From Pseudomonas aeruginosa PAO1 (GTDB lineage Bacteria; Pseudomonadota; Gammaproteobacteria; Pseudomonadales; Pseudomonadaceae), in the NCBI RefSeq assembly GCF_000006765.1, contig NC_002516.2: a stretch of DNA of 64,000 nucleotides. The stretch is one strand, 5' to 3'. Positions 34,073 through 41,715 of this stretch are shown piece after piece. A program made the position numbers and the translations under genes. The notes under the pieces are model-generated. The model was not told the origin of the DNA, did not search any database, and worked only from the letters and a program-made list of their open reading frames with translations. Numbering within the stretch: position 1 is the stretch's first letter; every line of letters starts with the position of its first letter.

Positions 34073-34196
34073 TTGCCGAATGCAAGGCTCGGCAGGGGCT
34101 TTCTTGCAAATTGCAAATATCAATTCGCCGCTTTGTTTTTCAACCTATTGATTTATAAGAAATTAATTTTCAAGAAGAATTGGTACGCCTTCTGCT
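34073..34196 (+). promoter_or_regulatory. sigma54-type promoter with IHF site and two palindromic upstream activator sites
   Basis: TGGTACGCCTTCTGCT (GG-N10-GC) at 34181-34196; AATCAATAGGTTG (WATCAA-N4-TTR, minus strand) at 34141-34153; TTGC-N5-GCAA at 34073-34085 and 34104-34116. Confidence 0.65.
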
Positions 34197-34254
34197 CGAA
34201 AGGGATGCGCCTGATTACCGGCGTCAAAGAATCTGATGAGACAGGAGGCCAGCA

Positions 34255-34620
34255 ATGCTAGATACCGATGAAAACGTGGTTGAGTACCTGGAAGAGCATT
34301 TCAAGGATGTGCGCGTCAGTTGCGAACCTCGCCCTGACGGCGCGTTGCTGGTGACCTTGCGTAATAACCAGGGCAAGCGCCTGATGAGCCGGGCGATCTC
34401 CGGCCAGGAGCAGAGCAGCCCGCTGTTGCTGAACCAGGTGCTGGAACGCATCCGCCGGGACCTGATCATCGACCAGGGGCCGTTGCAGACGCGCGACAGC
34501 GACTATTTCCGCAAGCGCATCGACCTGCTCACGTTCCGCGACAGCGACAACCAGCATCTCACTCATCGCAAGGTCCTGGTCGCCGGCGGCAAGCTGCGTA
34601 CCATGAGCCTGGCTCGCTGA
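34255..34620 (+). CDS. DUF3509-like hypothetical protein, 121 aa
   Basis: GGAGG RBS; PRPDGALLVTLRN and LNQVLERIRRDL pattern. Confidence 0.75.
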   Translation: MLDTDENVVEYLEEHFKDVRVSCEPRPDGALLVTLRNNQGKRLMSRAISGQEQSSPLLLNQVLERIRRDLIIDQGPLQTRDSDYFRKRIDLLTFRDSDNQHLTHRKVLVAGGKLRTMSLAR

Positions 34621-34737
34621 GCAGGCTGTTTCAGCTCCGGGTCGGTCAGTCGCCGACCCGGCCTTCCGACGCATGGTCCGAACCAAATCCGTCTTCGCCC
34701 CCTCCATCTAGAAGTCATCCCTACGATGGAGGCGGAC

Positions 34738-34917
34738 ATGCGTTTTCCCACTTCTGCATCATCGGGCGCGACAGCGACCACTCCACGCAACCCCTCGAGG
34801 GATCCGGACGAATATCCGGTTCCTGACCACGAAAGCCACGTCCCCCAGGAATTCCCGGAAGAGATTCCGATGGAACAGCCCAACGAAGAGCCCCTCTCGC
34901 CCATACCGGAGCCCTGA
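34738..34917 (+). CDS. Small Pro/Glu-rich peptide, 59 aa
   Basis: The ATG at 34726 carries GGAGG, the RBS for ATG 34738; MRFPTSASSGATATTPRNPSRDPDEYPVPDHESHVPQEFPEEIPMEQPNEEPLSPIPEP*. Confidence 0.6.
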   Translation: MRFPTSASSGATATTPRNPSRDPDEYPVPDHESHVPQEFPEEIPMEQPNEEPLSPIPEP

Positions 34918-34948
34918 ATGCCCGGTTTCCATCCAGGAGGAGCGGAAC

Positions 34949-36046
34949 ATGAGCGCAGACCCTCGGCAGAGACTGGTGGTGGCCCATAGTGTCGATCCCG
35001 CGGCCGCCGAACACGAAGTGCAGGGCAACCTGGCCCTGGCGCGCTGGCTGGCGGAAGTCCAGAAGCTGGAGTTCGGCGGCCGCTACGAACCCGAATTGCA
35101 CCAGCGAGGCCCCCTCTACCTGGTCCCGACCCGCACCCTGGTCGGCAGGGAGACCGCCGTGCGCCTGGGCGTGAACAGTGACGAAGATCTGCTCGGCGGT
35201 TTCGTCGAGCACGCGTTCATCGCCGGTAAGGCCATCGTCCATCCGCTGCCGCGCGGCGGCGTGGCGCCGGAAGGCTGGAACCCGCTGTTCGCGGAGAAGG
35301 TCCGCGACGTCGTGCTCAACGGCGTCAGCGTCTTCAGCCTGGCCGACGCACACCGCGCCGGCGCTCGCATGCTCGCCGAAGGACCGGTGCGGGCCAAGCT
35401 GGCGGAGGCCTGTGGCGGCCTCGGCCAGTACGTGGCGCACGACCTCGACGAACTGGACGCTTGGCTCGGCGGGCTGGAGGAGCGTCAGTTGGCGCAGGGC
35501 CTGGTACTGGAAGCCAACCTGGAGAGCATCGTCACCCACAGCGTCGGCCAGCTCCGGGTCAACGGTTTCCTGCTGAGCTACCACGGTCACCAGCACCAGA
35601 CCCGCAACGCGCGCGGCGAACTGGTCTATGCCGGCTCCGACCTGCTGGTGGCGCGCGGTGGCTACGCCGAGCTGCTGGCCCTGGACCTGGCCCGTGAGGT
35701 GCGCCAGGCCATCGAGTACGCGCGGATCTTCGACACCGCCGCGGCGATCTTCTTCCCCGGCTGCTTCGCCTCGCGGCGCAACTACGACATTGCCCAGGGC
35801 CGGGACGGCAACGGTCGGGAGCGCTTCGGCGTGCTCGAGCAGTCCTGGCGGGTCGGCGGCGCGAGCAGCGCCGAGATCGCCGCGCTGGAAGCCTTCCGCG
35901 CCGATCCGGGGCTGCCCGCGGTGCGCGCCGCGTCGTTCGAGATCCACGAAGACAAGCGCCTGCCGGACAACAGCCGGGTGATCTACCGCGGTCCCGACGA
36001 ACACGGCGACTTCCTGCTCAAGTATGCGATGACGGGGGAGGCATGA
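34949..36046 (+). CDS. DUF3182 family protein with ATP-grasp-like motifs, 365 aa
   Basis: PVRAKLAEACGGLGQYVAHDLDEL and GLVLEANL resemble ATP-grasp B-domain/hinge motifs; AGGAGG RBS. Confidence 0.75.
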   Translation: MSADPRQRLVVAHSVDPAAAEHEVQGNLALARWLAEVQKLEFGGRYEPELHQRGPLYLVPTRTLVGRETAVRLGVNSDEDLLGGFVEHAFIAGKAIVHPLPRGGVAPEGWNPLFAEKVRDVVLNGVSVFSLADAHRAGARMLAEGPVRAKLAEACGGLGQYVAHDLDELDAWLGGLEERQLAQGLVLEANLESIVTHSVGQLRVNGFLLSYHGHQHQTRNARGELVYAGSDLLVARGGYAELLALDLAREVRQAIEYARIFDTAAAIFFPGCFASRRNYDIAQGRDGNGRERFGVLEQSWRVGGASSAEIAALEAFRADPGLPAVRAASFEIHEDKRLPDNSRVIYRGPDEHGDFLLKYAMTGEA

Positions 36047-36819
36047 CGGCGAACAGCGAACGCATCCGCATCGGGGTCGGCGACGACCGGATCGAAGGCA
36101 CCTTCCTCAGCCCCCGGGCGAAGGTTCCCGGCGTGCTCTTCGTGCACGGCTGGGGCGGCAGCCAGCAGCGCGACCTGAAGCGCGCCCAGGGCATCGCCGG
36201 GCTCGGCTGCGTGTGCCTGACCTTCGACCTGCGCGGCCACGGCGCGGAAAGCGGGCGCCAGGCACTGGTGACGCGCGAGGACAACCTGCAGGACCTGCTC
36301 GCCGCCTACGACCGGCTGGTGGCCCACCCGGCCATCGACAGCGAGGCGATCGCGGTGGTCGGCACCAGCTATGGCGGCTACCTGGCGGCGATCCTCAGCC
36401 AGTTGCGCGCGGTGCGCTGGCTGGCCTTGCGGGTGCCGGCGATCTACCGCGACGAGGATTGGCTGACGCCCAAGCTGCTGCTCGACCGCGAGGATCTCAG
36501 CGAATACCGCAGCAGCCTGATCCCGGCCGCCAGCAACCGAGCCCTGCAGGCCTGCGCGGGATTCCGCGGCGATGTGCTGCTGGTGGAGTCGGAGTTCGAC
36601 AGCTATGTGCCGCACTCGACCATCATGAGTTTCCGCGCCGCCTTCCAGCAGACCCATTCGCTGACCCACCGGATCATCGACCACGCCGACCATGCGCTCA
36701 GCAGCGAGGCGGCGCAGGACGCCTATACCTCGATCCTGGTGGACTGGATCACCGAGATGGTGGTCGGCGAACGTCTCAGCATCACCCCAGCCTACGCCAC
36801 CATCCATCCGGCTTTCTGA
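36043..36819 (+). CDS. Alpha/beta hydrolase
   Basis: FVHGWGG, GTSYGG nucleophile elbow, ADHAL His; ATGA overlap with DUF3182. Confidence 0.9.
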   Translation: MTANSERIRIGVGDDRIEGTFLSPRAKVPGVLFVHGWGGSQQRDLKRAQGIAGLGCVCLTFDLRGHGAESGRQALVTREDNLQDLLAAYDRLVAHPAIDSEAIAVVGTSYGGYLAAILSQLRAVRWLALRVPAIYRDEDWLTPKLLLDREDLSEYRSSLIPAASNRALQACAGFRGDVLLVESEFDSYVPHSTIMSFRAAFQQTHSLTHRIIDHADHALSSEAAQDAYTSILVDWITEMVVGERLSITPAYATIHPAF

Positions 36820-36944
36820 ACGCTCCGCGACGGCGAGCCTCCCACCTTCCGTGGGTGCTGGTTGCTGCCCACGTTCCGTGCCGGCAGGCGCCGGCGCCGA
36901 CAGATGCGAGAAATCCCGGACAGCTCCGGGCCAAGGAGAGCGAA

Positions 36945-37397
36945 ATGAACCAGACCAACCTCGACGACACCCTCGACGTACTCAACGACCTGCTGCAAAC
37001 CAGCAAGGATGGCGAGGCCGGTTTCCACGCCTGCGCCGAGGACCTGCGCGACCCGCAGTTGAAGGCGGCGATGCTGGAGCAGAGCCGCGACTGCGCCGCG
37101 GCCGCCGACGAGCTGGAGCGGATCGTCCTGGAACTGGGTGGCAAACCCAAGGACAGCACCAGTTTCGCCGGTGACCTGCATCGGCGCTGGGTCGACCTGA
37201 AGTCACTGGTCACCGGCAAGGACGAAGAGGCGGTGCTCAACGAATGCGAGCGCGGCGAGGATGTCGCCAAGCACCGCTACCAGGCGGCGCTGGAAAAATC
37301 GCTGCCGGCGGAGATCCACCAGGTGATCGAGCGCCAATACCAGGGCGTACTCCGTCACCACGACCGGGTCCGAGCCCTGCGCGACGCCCGCGCCTGA
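36945..37397 (+). CDS. DUF2383 ferritin-like four-helix-bundle protein, 150 aa
   Basis: LNDLLQTSKDGEAGF, LHRRWVDLK, ECERGED; GAACGC-N16-TCCCA at 36818-36844. Confidence 0.88.
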   Translation: MNQTNLDDTLDVLNDLLQTSKDGEAGFHACAEDLRDPQLKAAMLEQSRDCAAAADELERIVLELGGKPKDSTSFAGDLHRRWVDLKSLVTGKDEEAVLNECERGEDVAKHRYQAALEKSLPAEIHQVIERQYQGVLRHHDRVRALRDARA

Positions 37398-37423
37398 GCC
37401 GACCCCGCGAGGAGGAGCGCGCC

Positions 37424-37633
37424 ATGAGCCAGTCCCTGGCTTTCCTGCTCATCGGCCTGGCCACGCTGGTGGGTTTCTACGACCTGTGGGCCTTCGTCAG
37501 CGTGTTCCGCAGCGATCGCAGCGTGAATTCGAAAGCCCTGTGGTCGTTGCTGATCGCGGTGCTGCCGGTGCTCGGCGTGCTGATCTGGGCGGTCGCCGGC
37601 CCGCGTGCGGCGACCGCCCGTCCTCGCGACTGA
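37424..37633 (+). CDS. PLDc_N-like small membrane protein, 69 aa
   Basis: KALWSLLIAVLPVLGVLIWAVAGP; GAGGAGG RBS. Confidence 0.8.
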   Translation: MSQSLAFLLIGLATLVGFYDLWAFVSVFRSDRSVNSKALWSLLIAVLPVLGVLIWAVAGPRAATARPRD

Positions 37634-37707
37634 ACTCGGCGGAGGAACGCGCGCTCAGCCAGAGAGAGTGCCGGAGCACTCGGATAACAAACCGATGAGG
37701 AGCGACC

Positions 37708-38178
37708 ATGAACGCCATCGAATTGCTGGTCCATGACCACGAGACCGTGAAGAAACTGCTCAACGAACTCAGCGAGACCACCGAACGGGCGCTGAAGAAG
37801 CGCAGCGAGCTGCTGGGCAGGCTGGAGCTGGAACTGGTGCTGCACACCGCCATCGAGGAAGACATCTTCTATCCGGCGATCAGGGAAAGCGGCGGCAAGG
37901 AAGAGCTGAAAATGTACTACGAGGCCAAGGAGGAACACCGCACGGTGGATTCCCTGGTCCTTCCCGACCTCAAGCGCACCCGCCCGGATACCGTGCAGTT
38001 CGCCGGCCGGGTCAAGGTGCTCAAGGAACTCCTCGAACACCACATCGAGGAGGAAGAGGGCGAACTATTCCCACGCGCCCGGCAATTGCTCGACGCCGCC
38101 GCCCTCAAGCAACTCGGCCAGGCCATGCAGCAGCACAAGAAAGAGCTGAAAGCGCGCCTGGAAAAACGGGCGGCCTGA
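37708..38178 (+). CDS. Hemerythrin/HHE cation-binding protein
   Basis: LVHDHE, HTAIEEDIFYP, EEH, HHIEEEE. Confidence 0.9.
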   Translation: MNAIELLVHDHETVKKLLNELSETTERALKKRSELLGRLELELVLHTAIEEDIFYPAIRESGGKEELKMYYEAKEEHRTVDSLVLPDLKRTRPDTVQFAGRVKVLKELLEHHIEEEEGELFPRARQLLDAAALKQLGQAMQQHKKELKARLEKRAA

Positions 38179-38181
38179 GGC

Positions 38182-39258
38182 ATGCGCGAAGAAGACCGCG
38201 CCTTGCTCGAGGAACTCCTGCTGGCACGTGGCCCCGGTGGCCAGGAAGACGAGGTCAGGGCCATCTGCCAGCGGGAACTCGAGGGCTGTTGCGACGAGGT
38301 CGGCAGCGATGCCGCCGGCAACCTGGTCGCGCGCATCAGCCCGCCGCACCTGCCGCGCGAGCAGGCGCGGCGGGCCGCGGTGCGGCTGCTCGCGCACCTC
38401 GACGAGATCGCCATGATCGTCAAGCGCGTCGAGGCCGACGGTACCCTGCGCGTAGTGGCGCTCGGCGGCGCCCAGCCGGTGAGCTTCGGCGTCTGTCCGG
38501 TACAGATCCTGGCCGGCGAGGCGGTACTCGACGGCGTGCTGTCCTACGGCAGCATGCATGCTACCGGCGAGTCGCCGCAGGGCTCCGACGTGCTCTCGGG
38601 CGCGGTGCACTGGCGCGACGTACACGTGGTCACCCGGCGCAGCGCCGAGGAGCTGGCGAACCTGGGCGTGCGACCGGGTACCCGCGTGGTGCTCAACCGT
38701 CTGTGGCGGCGCCCGTTGTACTTCCAGGATTGCGTCGCCGCGCACTTCCTCGACGACCGCGCACCGCTGCTCGCCGTGCTCGGCGTGGCTCGCGAGATCG
38801 CCCGGCGCCGCGATGAGTTGCACGGCGACCTCTACCTGGTGCTCACCACCATGGAGGAGGAGAGTAACGCCGGCGCGCTGTTCGCCGCGCGCCGACTGCC
38901 GGGCGACATCAGCATCGCGGTGGAAGTCGGCCCAACGGTAGCCGAATACGGCACCCGGCTGTGCCGCGACCCGATCGTCAACAGCGGCGACTCCAAGGGT
39001 TATTACAGCCGCCATGTCACCGACCGCCTGTTGCGCGCCGCCGAACGCTGCCAGTACCAGCCGCAGGCGGCGCTGCTGGTGGACTTCGCCTCGGACGCCA
39101 GCGCGCTGCTGAGCCACGGCGAGGCCGCGCAGGTCGGCTGCATCGGCATTCCGACCGAGAACACCCACGGTTTCGAGATCGTCCTGGAAGAGGGCATCGA
39201 GGCTTGCCGGCGGACGCTGGTCGAGTTCCTCGTGCAACCGCCGGACGACGAAGCCTGA
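38182..39258 (+). CDS. M42 family metallopeptidase
   Basis: GPGGQE, LAHLDEI, FLDDR, MEEE, ENTHGFE. Confidence 0.88.
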   Translation: MREEDRALLEELLLARGPGGQEDEVRAICQRELEGCCDEVGSDAAGNLVARISPPHLPREQARRAAVRLLAHLDEIAMIVKRVEADGTLRVVALGGAQPVSFGVCPVQILAGEAVLDGVLSYGSMHATGESPQGSDVLSGAVHWRDVHVVTRRSAEELANLGVRPGTRVVLNRLWRRPLYFQDCVAAHFLDDRAPLLAVLGVAREIARRRDELHGDLYLVLTTMEEESNAGALFAARRLPGDISIAVEVGPTVAEYGTRLCRDPIVNSGDSKGYYSRHVTDRLLRAAERCQYQPQAALLVDFASDASALLSHGEAAQVGCIGIPTENTHGFEIVLEEGIEACRRTLVEFLVQPPDDEA

Positions 39259-39284
39259 CCGATAACCGACGCAAGGAGAATTCC

Positions 39285-39635
39285 ATGAACGAATACCTGC
39301 CGACTTCGACGGCCAATGGCCTGCCGCACAACCTGCAGCGCGGCGAGCGACTCGCTTCCATCGGCGCCGGACTGGTCCTGGCCGGCTTCGGCCTGGCCCG
39401 CGGTGGCTTGCCAGGCGCCTGCAAGGCGGTCGCCGGCGGCCTGCTGGTCAGCCGCGGGTTGAGTGGGCATTGCCATGTCAAGGGCCTGCTCAATGAACCG
39501 CGGGAAGAGTTGCAGTTGCTGCGCGAAGAGGTGCAGCACCTGACCCGCCGCCTGCAGCGCCTGCAGGAGCGCCAGCGCGACGACTCGCGGCAGGACGCTG
39601 CGCTGGACGCCGAACTGCCGCCGAACCTGCCGTGA
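39285..39635 (+). CDS. DUF2892 (YgaP-like) membrane protein with coiled-coil tail, 116 aa
   Basis: NLQRGERLASIGAG...SRGLSGHC; AAGGAG RBS. Confidence 0.8.
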   Translation: MNEYLPTSTANGLPHNLQRGERLASIGAGLVLAGFGLARGGLPGACKAVAGGLLVSRGLSGHCHVKGLLNEPREELQLLREEVQHLTRRLQRLQERQRDDSRQDAALDAELPPNLP

Positions 39636-39640
39636 TAGCC

Positions 39641-39669
39641 ATGGGCCCTGCGCCTGGCGCAGGGCCCAT
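39641..39669. repeat. Perfect 13-bp inverted repeat with 3-nt loop, no U-tract
   Basis: ATGGGCCCTGCGC-CTG-GCGCAGGGCCCAT. Confidence 0.8.
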
Positions 39670-39690
39670 CGAAGAGAGGAGGGCGAGACG

Positions 39691-39912
39691 ATGGCCAGCC
39701 ATCTGTTCCTGATCAGCTACATCCTCGACGACCAGCCGATGACCTGCGAATTGCACAGCGAGGCGGATACCCTCAGCCGCGAAGAGGCCCGCCGCCACTT
39801 GGAGGCACTGCATCGACCGCACGACGCCGAGGCGATCAGCGATATCCAGGTCAGCAAGGTGGAGCGTACCCATGAGCCGGGCACCACGCCGGGACACTAC
39901 CAGCAGCCCTGA
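39691..39912 (+). CDS. Hypothetical protein, 73 aa
   Basis: GAGGAGGG RBS; protein-like ORF filling the gap. Confidence 0.7.
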   Translation: MASHLFLISYILDDQPMTCELHSEADTLSREEARRHLEALHRPHDAEAISDIQVSKVERTHEPGTTPGHYQQP

Positions 39913-39943
39913 CGGCGGGAGGGGAAAAAGAAGGGGGAGGGGC

Positions 39944-40207
39944 TCAGCCGGTGCCGGTCTGGAGTTCCGCCTCGAACTCGCCGAAGCGCCTGATTTCCTC
40001 GCGCAGGTTGAGGATGAATGCGCTGAGGTCGCTGAAGCTGCTGCTCTTCAGGAAGTCGCTGTTGGGCACGATGTAGAGCGCGCCGTGGGGGCCGTCGACG
40101 CGGCAACTGATGGTCACCGTGAAGTCGGGGTTCAGTTGGCACTGGCAGTCGTGGTCGCGCAGTTCCTCCTCGAGGATCTTCTTCAGGTACAGGTAGGAAA
40201 GGTTCAT
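39944..40207 (-). CDS. DUF1652-like small protein, 87 aa (alternative start 40252)
   Basis: GGGGAG before ATG 40207; CQCQLNPDFTVTI...LNLREEI pattern; RpoS-like CTATAGT at 40319-40325. Confidence 0.65.
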   Translation of the reverse strand: MNLSYLYLKKILEEELRDHDCQCQLNPDFTVTISCRVDGPHGALYIVPNSDFLKSSSFSDLSAFILNLREEIRRFGEFEAELQTGTG

Positions 40208-40535
40208 CTGGTCAGGTCTCCCCAGTTCGCGAAGCGCAAGAAAAAGATCCACTCCGTCCCTGGAGCGGGATTAGCCTGAATCAGAGAGAAACCGTCGATA
40301 CGTACAACGGTAGGGATAACTATAGGCGCCGCGCCGATGAAATACCGGCCACATCCAGAATCTGCGGGATAAGCTGTATCCCGCATGAGGCGCGGGATGC
40401 AGAATGCAAGAAGTCGTGCAGAACGCTCATGTCGGAGTGAGATCATGACGGGCGAAAAGCCCGTTCGGCGCTCCTTATGGGCATTCGAGAGAACTTTTCG
40501 CCCATATGGTTATATGGATTTTCTCGATATTTCCT

Positions 40536-40883
40536 CTAGGAACCTCGCCGGCTCGTTGGCGAAGAAGCCGATCTTTTTTGCCGGGTTTCCCGCATCGCCC
40601 GCCGCAATCCCCTTGCCACCCCGTAACCGAGCAGGCAGCCGAGCAGGGTAGCGCCGACCTGCAAGACCAACCCCAGGGCATTGGCCAGGCTCGGCGAGCG
40701 TGCGAGTACGCCGGCTTCGGGCCAGAACGCCAGCCATACCGCGACGAAGGCGAGCACCAGGTCGTACCAGGCGCCGCTGACCCCGCCCGGGCGGTAGCCG
40801 CGAACGAAAACGATGAAGGCGCTGAAGGCCAGGGCCAGCAGCAGGGTGCCGAAGGCCTGGCTGAGGGTATCGGGTCCGGACAT
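40536..40883 (-). CDS. Small three-TM membrane protein, 115 aa
   Basis: Three hydrophobic segments; GAGGAG RBS; directly downstream of the 40896 gene. Confidence 0.7.
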   Translation of the reverse strand: MSGPDTLSQAFGTLLLALAFSAFIVFVRGYRPGGVSGAWYDLVLAFVAVWLAFWPEAGVLARSPSLANALGLVLQVGATLLGCLLGYGVARGLRRAMRETRQKRSASSPTSRRGS

Positions 40884-40895
40884 GGCGGGTTCTCC

Positions 40896-41486
40896 TCAGG
40901 GCGCCAGGCGCAGGCACTGGCGCTTGTGCAGGCCGAGACGGACTTCGTCGAGCAGCGCTTCGGCGCAGGCGAACACCCTGGCGGCCTCCACTTCCGCGAC
41001 GTCGCCGGCGCGGCTGAAATCGTCGATGCGCAGGCCGGCGGGCAGGCTCGGGACCTCCACCAGCGTCCAGTCCAGGCCGCTGACCGTGAGGCTGCGCTCG
41101 AGCCCGGCACCCAATTGCTCCTCGCCGGCATCGCGCGGCGCCACTAGCCATTGCCAATGGCCAAGCAGGAACAGGCGCGGTACCTCGGCGCGCAGGGCGC
41201 CATCGATCAGCGCGGCGCAGATCGGCGGCAAGGCTTCGGCGGCGTAGTCGGACAACGGCGCGAACAGCAGGTCGAGACCGGCCGCCGCCTGGCTGACCTC
41301 GATCGACGACGCCAGGCTGGCTGGCTTGCAGCGCAGCCCGGGGCGCGCCTGCAGGCTGTTGAGGTCGGCTTGCAAGGCGCTGACTTCGATCTGCCGCTGC
41401 AAGGCGGCGGCGATCAGCGCCTGGCTCAGGCTGTCGTGGGGATGGAATATCCCCAGCTTCAGGGTTGCGGTTTCCAGATTGCGCAT
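40896..41486 (-). CDS. Degenerate NAD(P)-binding Rossmann-like protein (YwnB-like), 196 aa
   Basis: LKLGIF beta1, EVPRLFLLG, GLDWTLV, FACAEALLDEV resemble NAD(P)H-binding family topology; glycine-rich loop missing. Confidence 0.65.
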   Translation of the reverse strand: MRNLETATLKLGIFHPHDSLSQALIAAALQRQIEVSALQADLNSLQARPGLRCKPASLASSIEVSQAAAGLDLLFAPLSDYAAEALPPICAALIDGALRAEVPRLFLLGHWQWLVAPRDAGEEQLGAGLERSLTVSGLDWTLVEVPSLPAGLRIDDFSRAGDVAEVEAARVFACAEALLDEVRLGLHKRQCLRLAP

Positions 41487-41715
41487 GGGAACTCCGGGGT
41501 CGGTGCGGTGGAAAGGAGATGTCCCTACCTGCATATCGAAAGCCATACTCCGGACAAGGTTCCGGCGAATGGAATTCGCCGGCCGCGCCGGGGTCTTCCG
41601 AAAGGTCGGCCAAGTTCCTGGGGCGAGCCAGCGAGCGGCCGGAAGACGTTCTTCGTACTACCTTGCTGGGTGTGCCTTGCAGCCCGGGTCGAGCAGCCGA
41701 CGAGTGAACACGTCC

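Noticed and set aside
40385-40651. 88-aa plus-strand ORF in the low-GC gap
   Set aside because: No clear RBS, overlaps the convergent membrane-protein gene, and has non-protein-like composition.
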